From assembly GCA_037441385.1 (NCBI GenBank), contig JBBISH010000014.1, forward strand, positions 410 to 64,409: a stretch of DNA of 64,000 nt. The letters run 5' to 3'. The translations under genes were made by a program, and so were the position numbers. The DNA comes from Myxococcales bacterium. GTDB lineage: Bacteria > Myxococcota_A > UBA9042. Position 1 is the first letter of the stretch; every line of letters starts with the position of its first letter. The notes beneath the pieces are model-generated. The model did not search any database. It saw nothing but the letters and a program-made list of their open reading frames with translations, and was not told where the DNA came from. Shown one piece after another: positions 19,466-28,203 of the stretch.

Positions 19466-21058
19466 ATGTTGGCCACGAGACGGCCAGCGCTGCCAAGGCT
19501 GGAATTCTGCCGCCGCTTGGCTATAGTCGGCGTGCGTCACTTGGCGCACCGCCGAGGCACCGTGGTTCAGCGCCGCAACTACGCCGAAGAGCGTCTGGCC
19601 GAGGAGCGGGCCCGCGTGGCCCTGCAAGCTGCGCGCGCCCGGCGGCTGTGGTGGACCGTGGCGACCGCGGGTCTGGTCATCGTGGCGGGCGTCGGCGCGG
19701 TGATGCTGCACTCCGTGGACCTGGGTCTGGGCAACGCGCTGAGAACGGCGCTGGCTGGCGTCGGCAACGGTAGCCTGCAAGACCGCCTGCCGCTGCAGGA
19801 TTTACCGCCCCTGCCGCCACGGCCGCCGCGCGCCACGAGCGGGCCCGAGGCCTATCGCACCGGCCAACCGGACCCCAAGGTCAATCAAATCCCGCCCGAT
19901 GTTCAGAAGTTGGCGACGGGTCCGGCCCTGCCCTACTTGCAGGCGGTGGCGCACTTCCTGTGCGACGGCGAGACAGACGAGTTCGCCAAGGTCAAACGCC
20001 TGCATGACTGGGTCGCCGCGAATATCGACTACGATGTGGAGGGGTTTCGCGGGCGAGCGCCCCGCCAGGCCACCATCGAAGACGTGATGCGCAGTCACCG
20101 CGCCGTGTGCCAGGGGTATGCTGCGGTTTTTGATGCGCTTTGTCAGGCGGTCGGCGTCGAAGAGCGCGTTGTGAGCGGGAGCGCGCGCTCGATGCCCGGC
20201 GACGTGTGGTTGGACAAACTGGGCCCCGATCAGCGTCACGCCTGGAATGCCGTGCGGATTCAAGGGACATGGCACCTGCTGGACGTGACGTGGGATGCCG
20301 GTGCGCTCCACGACGACGCGTACAAACGCAAATACGCTACCGACTACTTGTTCTTGCCGCCCGAGGCATTCCTGTACAGCCACCTCCCCACCGTCCCCGC
20401 CGACCAACTGGTGGCCGAGCCGATCACCCTCGCTCAGTTCTTGGCGCGGCCGTTGCTGCGGGGTGAGTTCTTCACGGCCGGCCTAACCCTGGCCACGCCA
20501 GCGGAGCAGCTGACCGGCGAGAGTCGCTTGGAACTTCGGCACTTCGACGATGTGCGCGTACGCGCCGATCTCGCCGACACGGCCGGCAAGCGCGCCTACG
20601 ACGGCCAAAGCCTGGTCACGCTGGCGGCAAACGGCGTAGTGGTCCACGTGCGACCGGTACAAGCCGCGGCGACGCTGGTCGTCTATGCCGGACCGAGTGC
20701 AGAGAGTTCTGCCTCTGAAGTAGCCGAGTTCCGTGTCGCTGCTGGCACGGCGCCGCCGCGACCGCTGGTCGAGATGTCGACGACCTTGGCCAAGTTGCGC
20801 GGCCAGTTGGCCGAACCGCTGGAAGGCCGCCTGCCGACTGGTAAACCCGTGCCTTTCCGCCTCCGCGTGCCGGGAGTAGCAGCGGTGTCGGTCGAGTGTG
20901 GCGGCAAGTGGACCCCGCTCGCGCGCGAGGGGCAAAGCCAGGACTTTGCTGGCGAAGTCGAACTCGCGGCCGGGCCCGTCCGCGTGTATGCCCACGAAAA
21001 GGAAGGCGACCCCAACTGGACCGTGCTGGCCGAGTATGCGGCGGTGGCCGGTCTGTAG
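19466..21058 (+). CDS. Membrane-anchored transglutaminase-like cysteine-protease-fold protein
   Basis: It has an N-terminal TM segment and a transglutaminase-core Cys/His/Asp: AVCQGYAAVF, HAWNAVRIQGTWHLLDVTWD. Confidence 0.7.
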   Translation: MLATRRPALPRLEFCRRLAIVGVRHLAHRRGTVVQRRNYAEERLAEERARVALQAARARRLWWTVATAGLVIVAGVGAVMLHSVDLGLGNALRTALAGVGNGSLQDRLPLQDLPPLPPRPPRATSGPEAYRTGQPDPKVNQIPPDVQKLATGPALPYLQAVAHFLCDGETDEFAKVKRLHDWVAANIDYDVEGFRGRAPRQATIEDVMRSHRAVCQGYAAVFDALCQAVGVEERVVSGSARSMPGDVWLDKLGPDQRHAWNAVRIQGTWHLLDVTWDAGALHDDAYKRKYATDYLFLPPEAFLYSHLPTVPADQLVAEPITLAQFLARPLLRGEFFTAGLTLATPAEQLTGESRLELRHFDDVRVRADLADTAGKRAYDGQSLVTLAANGVVVHVRPVQAAATLVVYAGPSAESSASEVAEFRVAAGTAPPRPLVEMSTTLAKLRGQLAEPLEGRLPTGKPVPFRLRVPGVAAVSVECGGKWTPLAREGQSQDFAGEVELAAGPVRVYAHEKEGDPNWTVLAEYAAVAGL

Positions 21059-21073
21059 GGGCCACCTGGATCG

Positions 21074-21359
21074 ATTGGGGGGCATTTTCTACTCCCCAAA
21101 ATCATTGAAGAACGGTCGCCCCGCGTCAGCGATGCTGGCCCCGCCAGGGGTGGCGGCGCCGACGAGGCGACGCCACCGCCGGGAGCAGGAGCTCGGGGTT
21201 TGGCGGGTCACCCCGTCGACCGGCGGCCGCAGCGCGACGGCCCGGCGCGGGTGCAGAAAATGCCGCCCAGCTTTCAGAAATTGCCCCCCAACCGGACTCG
21301 CGCCGGGCCGGGACGCCCAATTGCCTTTGAAAATGCAGGGTAGAAATTGCCCCCCAACG
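21074..21359. repeat. ~285-bp intergenic element bounded by inverted repeats TTGGGGGGCA(T/A)TTTCTAC, with two internal copies (MITE-like candidate)
   Basis: The forward copy is at 21074-21095, and reverse-orientation copies lie at 21253-21271, 21275-21293 and 21340-21359. The element fills the convergent gap between the transglutaminase-like gene and fpg. Confidence 0.35.
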
Positions 21360-21377
21360 TGACCGCCATGACCGTGG

Positions 21378-22250
21378 TCAGTCGAGGGTCTTCGGCCAGC
21401 TGTCCTTCAGCAGTTGCGCCAGCGCCCGGTCCGACAGCAGCCGCCCGCCAGTCTGGCAGCGCGCGCAGTAGTTGCACTCGTTGTCCGCGTACACGATGCG
21501 CTGCACCGGCGCCCCGCACACCGGGCAGGGCTGACCGAACTTGCCGTGCACCGCCATCTCGGGCCGGAAGGCCGTGACGTGCTCGGGAAATCCGCCCGCC
21601 GCCTCGGCCGCCAGCCGGTCGCGCCACCGCAACAAGACCTCGCGCGCCTTTTGCCACAACCGCAGCAGCTCGGCGTCGCTCAGGTTGGCGGTGCGCTGCA
21701 GCGGCGACAGCTGGGCCGCGTGCAAGATCTCGTCGCTATAGGCGTTGCCGATCGCCGCGACCACCGCCGGATCGCACAGGGCCCGCTTGACGGTGCGCGG
21801 CGCCGCGCGAAGAACGCGGGCAAATTCCGCCGCATCCGTAGCAAACACGTCGATGCCGCCGCGGTCGTGGGCCAGCAGCGCCGCCCTGCCCGTCAGCACA
21901 TGCAGCGACGCCTTGCGCTTCTTGCCCGATTCCGTCAGCCACAAGCGGCCTTGCGCCACGTCCAGGTGCCACAGCGCGGTCTTGGCCAGCTTGCCCACGG
22001 GCGCCTGCCAGTGCAGTCGGCCCAGCACCATCAAGTGCAGCACCGCATACAGGTCGCCATCCAAGCCGAACACCAGGCGCTTGCCCAGCAACTCCACGCT
22101 CCGCACGGTCTTGCCCACCAGCTCGCTCAGCGGCGGCGCCACGGTGCGCAGCAAGAACAGGTCCGGCGCCGCACATGCCACCACCCTCTGCCCCCCCAGC
22201 CGCTGCTGTAGCTGCTGGCGGTAAACGTCCAGGTCGGGCCACTCAGGCAC
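21378..22250 (-). CDS. Fpg/Nei-family DNA glycosylase (formamidopyrimidine/endonuclease VIII type), GTG start
   Basis: The start is (M)PEWPDL with catalytic Pro2/Glu3, and there is a C-terminal zinc finger CPVCGAPV...CNYCARCQ. It begins 3 nt after the activase stop. Confidence 0.85.
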   Translation of the reverse strand: MPEWPDLDVYRQQLQQRLGGQRVVACAAPDLFLLRTVAPPLSELVGKTVRSVELLGKRLVFGLDGDLYAVLHLMVLGRLHWQAPVGKLAKTALWHLDVAQGRLWLTESGKKRKASLHVLTGRAALLAHDRGGIDVFATDAAEFARVLRAAPRTVKRALCDPAVVAAIGNAYSDEILHAAQLSPLQRTANLSDAELLRLWQKAREVLLRWRDRLAAEAAGGFPEHVTAFRPEMAVHGKFGQPCPVCGAPVQRIVYADNECNYCARCQTGGRLLSDRALAQLLKDSWPKTLD

Positions 22251-22253
22251 AGC

Positions 22254-25200
22254 TTAGGCCTGCGGGCCGGGCGATTCCGGCTTCTTCTGCCGCCAAGCCA
22301 AGCCCAGCGACGTCGTCTCCAGCACCTTGGCCAGCGGGCTCTGGCCCAGCGGGTCGGCCAGGTGGTGCAGCAGCGCCGCAAAACTGCGCTTGGCCGCGTC
22401 GCGCTTGCGCGGGCGCTGGTGCAAGTCGGCCGGCAGCGGCGTACCCTGGGCGGCTTTGAGCGACTCCTCGGCCCCGCGCACCAAGAAGTGCAGGCGGTTG
22501 AACAGGTTGGCCTCACTCACGTTGTGGTCCATGTCGATGAACAGCACGTTGATGGTGGGGTGCAACTCGCGCAGGCGCTTTTCGACCCCCTTGGCCACCA
22601 CCTGGTTGGCGATGCAGCCAAACGGCTGAACACACAGGATGTTGTCCGCGCCGCGCTGCGCCAGCTCCACCATCTCGCCGGTCAGCAGCCAGCCCTCGCC
22701 GTACTGGTTGCTCAGCGCCACGATGGGCCGCGCCGCCTCGGCCAGCTCGCGCGGACGCGACAGCGGCACGGCGTAGGGGTAGACCTCGAGCACCTTGTTG
22801 ATCCGCTTGATCAAGCGGTCGGTCTGGTCGTCGAGCAGGTGCGAGGCCAGCCACTTGACGTCCAGCGGCGCCAGACCCAGCTCGGCGTCGGCCTGCAAGT
22901 TGATGACACTTTGGATAAAGAAGGTGGTCACGTTGGGTACCACCGTTTCCACCCCGCGGTCGGCCAGCCACTTGACCACGCCGCCGTTGCCGTAGTCGCA
23001 GTATTTCACATAGATCTCGCCGACCATGCCGATCTTCGGGATCGGCTCAGCGCGCGCCGGAATCGCCGCAAACGCCCGCGCCGCCTCGCCCAGCAGCGCC
23101 AGGGCCCGCCGATGCGAGCGCTCGCTCGTCTCCAGCCACTTGTCCACGTACTGCTTGGCCAGCCGACTCGCGGTGCCCTTCTCCAGCTCGCGGGGCAGCA
23201 TGGTTCGCTCGAGCATGGCCAGCACGTCCGCGACCAGAATCGAAAAAATTCCCCGCCCGGCAAAGCGCAGCCGATCCAGGACAAACCCGGGCTGGTGGTG
23301 CAGGTCCGAGTCGTCCATGTGCAGCGTCACCACCGGCACGTCGGTGTAGCCCGCAGAAATCAGGGCTTTCCCCAACAAGCTCGCGTAGCAACTGGCGCGG
23401 CACTGCCCGCCGGTCTGCGAGATAGCCACGCCCACGCGGTCGCCGTACTGGCCCGACTGCAGCGCCAGCAGCATGTCGCCCGCCACCAGGATCGCCGGAT
23501 AGCAGACCTCGTTGTTCACGTACTTCAGCCCCAGCGCACGGCTTTCTTCGCTGGGCGGCGGCAGGATCTTCAACCGGTAGCCCTGATCGGCAAAGGCGTC
23601 TTCGGTGAACTTGTCCAGCATCGGGAACCAGCTGGGCCCCAGCAGCAGGCGGTCGCGGTCCGCATCCGTAAAAGGCGGAGGCGCCAGACGCACTTGCGGC
23701 TTGGGCGCGCGCAGGCCGCGGATCGCCAGCGTCTCGATCAGGGTCCGCAGGCGCAAGCGGATCGAGCCCGGACTCGCCGTCTCGTCCACGCGCACCACCG
23801 TCAGCTTCTTGCCGGCCTGCTTGAGGATCGCGCCCATCTCGTCGCTGGCCATCGCGTCCGGTCCGCAGCCAAACGAGTTGATTTGCACCACCTCGATGTG
23901 CTCGTGCTGCGCCGCGTAGCGCACCGCGTGGTACAGCCGGTTGGGAAACGCCCACTGCGTCAGCACTTGCAGGCCATCCAGCGGGCCGTCCGTCGGCACC
24001 ATCTCGGTCGTGATGACGTCGACGCCCAGCTCGCTCAGCATCTCGGGGATACCGTGGTTGATGTAGCGATCCAGGTGATACGGCCGCCCCGCCAGCAAAA
24101 TCACCTGCCGCCCCGCCGCCTTGGCCGCCCGCACCAGCATCTCGCCTTCGGCCTGTTGGGCCTTGCGCACCCACGCCAGTTCGTCCAGCCCCGCGTCCAG
24201 CGCGCGGGCAAACTGCGCCTTGTTCAGCTTGGGACCATCCAGCGCTTGCAGCGCACCCCACACGCCCTTGGCCAGCAACTCCTTGTTCGCAAAGGTCAGC
24301 ACCGGCGCGTGCAGGTCGATGCCGTAGGTGCGCTTGGGATCCATCGACGAGCGAATCACCTCGGGATACCCCGTGACGATCGGGCAGTTGAAGCTGGAAA
24401 GCGCTTGCCCTTCAGGCAGTTCGTACACCACCTGCGGGTAGAAGATCGCGTCGACCTTGCGCTCGACCAGGTCCAGCACGTGGCCGTGGACCATCTTGGC
24501 GGGCAGGCACAGGCTGTCGCTCATGATGGTGCCGATGCCCTTGTTGTACAGGCGCACCGTCGACGGCGCCGACACCTCGACCTGAAAGCCCAGCTCGGCC
24601 AGCAGCACCCGCCAAAATGGCAGACTTTCAAACAGGTTCAGCGCCCGCGGCAGCCCGATGGTCCGCACGCTGCCTTCGGCTTTGGGCGCGGGAGCGGGCG
24701 CCAGCACCAGCTCTTCGCGGCGCTTGGCCAGATTCACGCCGTGCGGCACCTGCTTGCCGCGGTTGCTCTGGATGCGCTCGCAGCGGTTGCCGCTGAAGTA
24801 AGTCCGCTTGCCGCCAAAGCGCAACCTTGTGATGTGGCACAGGTTTTCGCAGCCCTGGCAGACAAAGTCGTTCTTGGTGCACAGGCCCACTTCGGCGCTG
24901 GCGCGCAGGTCCAAACCGGCGGAGTCGGCCGTGCGCTGCAACTGCCCCAACGCAAAGTGATCCATCGCCACCAGCGCCGCGCCCCAGGCGCCGATGACGC
25001 CCGCGATGTCCGGGCACACCACCTTCTTGCCGCTCAGTAGCTCGAAAGCGCGCTGAATCGCCGGGTTCAGGAACGTGCCGCCCTGGACCACGATGGTCGG
25101 GCCCATCACGTCCATGTCGTGAATCCGCAGCACCTTTTCCAGGCAGTTGCGGATGACCGAATAAGCCAGCCCGGCGGCGATGTCGCCCACCGGCGCTCCC

Positions 25201-26783
25201 TCGCGCAGGAACTGCTTCACCCGCGAATTCATAAAGACCGTGCAGCGCGAGCCCAACTTGCACGGCGCCCGCGAGTCGCAGGCCTGCGCCGCGAATTCGG
25301 CCACGTTCATGCCCAGGACTTCGGCAAAGGTCTGCAAGAAGCTGCCGCAGCCCGACGAGCAGGCCTCGTTGATCTCGATCGACGCGATCTCGCCCTGATC
25401 GATGTACATCGCCTTCATGTCCTGGCCGCCGATGTCCAGGACGAAGCTGACGTCGGGCGCCACTTCGCGGGCGGCGCGCAGGTGGGCGATGGTCTCGACC
25501 AGCCCAAGATCCAAGCCAAAAACGTTGCGGACCAGGTCCTCGCCGTAGCCGGTGGCGGCGCTGCCGACGATACGCGGCACGCTGCCGGCGTCTTCGAGTT
25601 GCTGGGCAAGCTGCCGCAGACCGCGCTGCACGGCGCCCACCGGGTCACCGTGGTTGAAGGCGTAATTCTCAAGCGCAATACGACCTTGCTGATCGATCAG
25701 CACCATCTTGGTGGTCGTCGAGCCCGAGTCGATGCCCAAGAAGCACGGCTGACCGTGCAGGCTCTCCAGGCTGGCACGGTCGATCGTCTTGAAACGGCTC
25801 GCCTGCCACTGCTCTAGATGCGCGGCGCTTCGGAACAGCGGCGCTTCGCGGTTGCTGGCCAAGGCCAGGTCGACGACATCCGTGCTGAGCCGCTCGACCA
25901 ACCCGCCCAACAGCACGCAGTGGCCGTCGCCTTCGGGCGAAAGGGCCGCGCCCAGCGCCGAAAACAGCTCGGCATGGTCCGAAACGACCACGTCGTCCGC
26001 GGTGAAGCCAAACCGCTCGACCGCTGCCTGCCGCAAGCTGGGCAGGAACGTCAACGGCCCGCCGCTCATCAGCAATTTCGCCCGCGGCGTGGTGGCGCGC
26101 GCCAACGCGTTCACCGTCTGCAGCGCCACCGCCTGCAGCACCGAGGCCGCAATGTCGGCCTTGGGCACCGAGCGCGACAGCAGGTTCTGCACGTCGGTCT
26201 TGGCAAACACCCCGCAACGGCTGGCGATCGGCACGATGCGCTGGTGCTGGCGAGCCAGTTCTTCGATCTCGCTCACGCCCACGCCCAGCAACACCGCCAT
26301 CTGGTCGATGAAGGCGCCGGTGCCGCCCGCGCAGCTGCCGTTCATGCGCATGTCGACGCGCCCGCGATCATCGAACAAAATCAGCTTGCTGTCTTCGCCG
26401 CCGATGTCGAGCAGCGTCTTGACCTGCGGGTACTGGGTGCGCACCACCTCCGCCGCCGCCACCACCTCTTGCACAAAGGGCAGGTCCAGCCGCTCGCACA
26501 GGCCCATGCCGGCCGAGCCGGTGACACAAACGGTCACGTTGGCGTTGCCCACCTGCTGCAGGGCCTCGCGCAAAATGGCCTGCAGCGTCTCGCGAATGCG
26601 GGCGTCGTGGCGGCGGTAGGCCGAAAACAGCGTAGTTGCGGGCGTTCCCGGCCCGTCCGGCTGGGCCACGACGACGACTTTGGCCGTAGTGGAGCCAAGG
26701 TCGATGCCGCAGCGCAGCAGCCCGGCGTCCGGCTGGGCGAACCGCTCCGTGTCGGGCTCGAACAGCCCAGTGTCTTTCTTCAT
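22254..26783 (-). CDS. Large CoA-substrate-specific enzyme activase family protein (two BadF/BadG/BcrA/BcrD-type ATPase domains + HgdB-like dehydratase-component domains)
   Basis: The two ATPase phosphate-1 motifs are GIDLGSTTAKVVV and LGIDSGSTTTKMVLID. The protein is ~1500 aa with several Cys clusters. Confidence 0.8.
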   Translation of the reverse strand: MKKDTGLFEPDTERFAQPDAGLLRCGIDLGSTTAKVVVVAQPDGPGTPATTLFSAYRRHDARIRETLQAILREALQQVGNANVTVCVTGSAGMGLCERLDLPFVQEVVAAAEVVRTQYPQVKTLLDIGGEDSKLILFDDRGRVDMRMNGSCAGGTGAFIDQMAVLLGVGVSEIEELARQHQRIVPIASRCGVFAKTDVQNLLSRSVPKADIAASVLQAVALQTVNALARATTPRAKLLMSGGPLTFLPSLRQAAVERFGFTADDVVVSDHAELFSALGAALSPEGDGHCVLLGGLVERLSTDVVDLALASNREAPLFRSAAHLEQWQASRFKTIDRASLESLHGQPCFLGIDSGSTTTKMVLIDQQGRIALENYAFNHGDPVGAVQRGLRQLAQQLEDAGSVPRIVGSAATGYGEDLVRNVFGLDLGLVETIAHLRAAREVAPDVSFVLDIGGQDMKAMYIDQGEIASIEINEACSSGCGSFLQTFAEVLGMNVAEFAAQACDSRAPCKLGSRCTVFMNSRVKQFLREGAPVGDIAAGLAYSVIRNCLEKVLRIHDMDVMGPTIVVQGGTFLNPAIQRAFELLSGKKVVCPDIAGVIGAWGAALVAMDHFALGQLQRTADSAGLDLRASAEVGLCTKNDFVCQGCENLCHITRLRFGGKRTYFSGNRCERIQSNRGKQVPHGVNLAKRREELVLAPAPAPKAEGSVRTIGLPRALNLFESLPFWRVLLAELGFQVEVSAPSTVRLYNKGIGTIMSDSLCLPAKMVHGHVLDLVERKVDAIFYPQVVYELPEGQALSSFNCPIVTGYPEVIRSSMDPKRTYGIDLHAPVLTFANKELLAKGVWGALQALDGPKLNKAQFARALDAGLDELAWVRKAQQAEGEMLVRAAKAAGRQVILLAGRPYHLDRYINHGIPEMLSELGVDVITTEMVPTDGPLDGLQVLTQWAFPNRLYHAVRYAAQHEHIEVVQINSFGCGPDAMASDEMGAILKQAGKKLTVVRVDETASPGSIRLRLRTLIETLAIRGLRAPKPQVRLAPPPFTDADRDRLLLGPSWFPMLDKFTEDAFADQGYRLKILPPPSEESRALGLKYVNNEVCYPAILVAGDMLLALQSGQYGDRVGVAISQTGGQCRASCYASLLGKALISAGYTDVPVVTLHMDDSDLHHQPGFVLDRLRFAGRGIFSILVADVLAMLERTMLPRELEKGTASRLAKQYVDKWLETSERSHRRALALLGEAARAFAAIPARAEPIPKIGMVGEIYVKYCDYGNGGVVKWLADRGVETVVPNVTTFFIQSVINLQADAELGLAPLDVKWLASHLLDDQTDRLIKRINKVLEVYPYAVPLSRPRELAEAARPIVALSNQYGEGWLLTGEMVELAQRGADNILCVQPFGCIANQVVAKGVEKRLRELHPTINVLFIDMDHNVSEANLFNRLHFLVRGAEESLKAAQGTPLPADLHQRPRKRDAAKRSFAALLHHLADPLGQSPLAKVLETTSLGLAWRQKKPESPGPQA

Positions 26784-26883
26784 GTGCTCGCTCGATTCCC
26801 AAGTCAGGCCAAAGCCCGTATCCCGCAGCGCATATTGAACCGCGAAACGGTCTTCGAACGGTCACGAGATTGTCGTTGTTCTG

Positions 26884-28035
26884 TCACACAGCCGCATGGG
26901 ACGAGCGCTGCCACAGCACCAGCCACGCACTTGCCAGCGCCGCCACCGCCGCGCCCAGCCCAAGTGCCGCCGGGGCGCCGTACTGCTGCCACAGCCAGCC
27001 GGCCAGCAGCCCCGCCGGCAAGGCCGCGATCCCAGTGGCAAAATGGTAGGCGCCATAGGCTTGGCCGCGCAGCTCGGCGGGCGCCAGCTCCTTGACCAGC
27101 GCCTTCTCGGCCGGCTCGCACAGCCCGTGGTACAGGCCATACACGGCAAAGATGCCAACGACGACCAGCAGGTCCGATGCCGCGGCAAACGCCAGATAGC
27201 ACACGGCGTACACCAGCCAACCGGCCAAGACCATGCGCGTTTTGGGCACACGATCCGCCCAGGCGCCGCCCCAACGTGCCGACTGCACCTTGACCACGTG
27301 CAGGCCCGCCCACAGCACGGGCAGCCCCGCCGCCGGCGCCCCCAGCTCCTTGGCGCGCAAAAGCAGCAGGGCATCCGGGGAGTTACCCAGGGCGAACAGG
27401 CCAATGATCCACACGAAGCTGCGCAAGCGGCCCGGCAGCGGCTGATCGGGCACCGCTTGCACCGCCCTTGGCGTGGCCTCGGGTTCGTCGATGCGCATGG
27501 CCTCGATCACCGCGAAAGCGCTGGGGATGATCGTCAACGCAAAGATCGCCGGCAGCGACCAGCCCAACTGCAGCAGGCTGGCCGCCAGGAGCGGTCCGGC
27601 CACTGCGCCGGCGTGATCCATCGATCGCTGAAAGCCAAAAACCCGACCTTCTTGTCCTTTGTGTGCGCAATCAGCCAGCAATGCGTCGCGCGGCGCGGTG
27701 CGAATGCCTTTGCCCACGCGGTCGGTCAGCCGAATCGCCAAGACGTGCCAAGGGGCTGACACCAAAGTCATCAGCGGCCGCACCAAGCTGGCCAGACCGT
27801 AGCCCGCCACCACCAACGGCTTGCGGCGCGGCAGCCGGTCCGACAGCCGACCCGAATAGCGCTTGAGCAAGCTGGCCAGGCCATCGGCGCCGCCTTCGAT
27901 GAGCCCGATCCAGGTGGCGCCCGAGGTGCCCATGCTCGCCAGCAGGATCGGCAGCAGCGGGGCCATCATCTCGGCGCCCAGGTCGGTCCACAGCGACACC
28001 CAGCCCAGCCGCACCGCGTTCTTGGGCAGTTCCAT
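26884..28035 (-). CDS. MFS transporter
   Basis: The start is MELPKN and there are 12 predicted TM segments. The MFS motif GRLSDRLPRRKPLV is present. Confidence 0.7.
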   Translation of the reverse strand: MELPKNAVRLGWVSLWTDLGAEMMAPLLPILLASMGTSGATWIGLIEGGADGLASLLKRYSGRLSDRLPRRKPLVVAGYGLASLVRPLMTLVSAPWHVLAIRLTDRVGKGIRTAPRDALLADCAHKGQEGRVFGFQRSMDHAGAVAGPLLAASLLQLGWSLPAIFALTIIPSAFAVIEAMRIDEPEATPRAVQAVPDQPLPGRLRSFVWIIGLFALGNSPDALLLLRAKELGAPAAGLPVLWAGLHVVKVQSARWGGAWADRVPKTRMVLAGWLVYAVCYLAFAAASDLLVVVGIFAVYGLYHGLCEPAEKALVKELAPAELRGQAYGAYHFATGIAALPAGLLAGWLWQQYGAPAALGLGAAVAALASAWLVLWQRSSHAAV

Positions 28036-28203
28036 TGGTTTTTCTGACTGCTCCACGCTGCTCGCCCTTGGTCGCACCGGCGCTCCCAGCGATGCTACGC
28101 CCAGACATGGGCGCCGACAAACCCAGCGCCCGGGACTCGGCCCCCGTATTGCGGTTTGCCCAGTGGCCCCTTACAGTGGCCGCGGTCGCAGCGCGAGGCG
28201 GAC

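Noticed and set aside
19093-21108. ORFs ending ...WGAFSTP that translate the GGGGGGCATTTTCTAC repeat
   Set aside because: The shared peptide is a by-product of the conserved nucleotide repeat read in a spurious frame. The real upstream genes terminate before the repeat.
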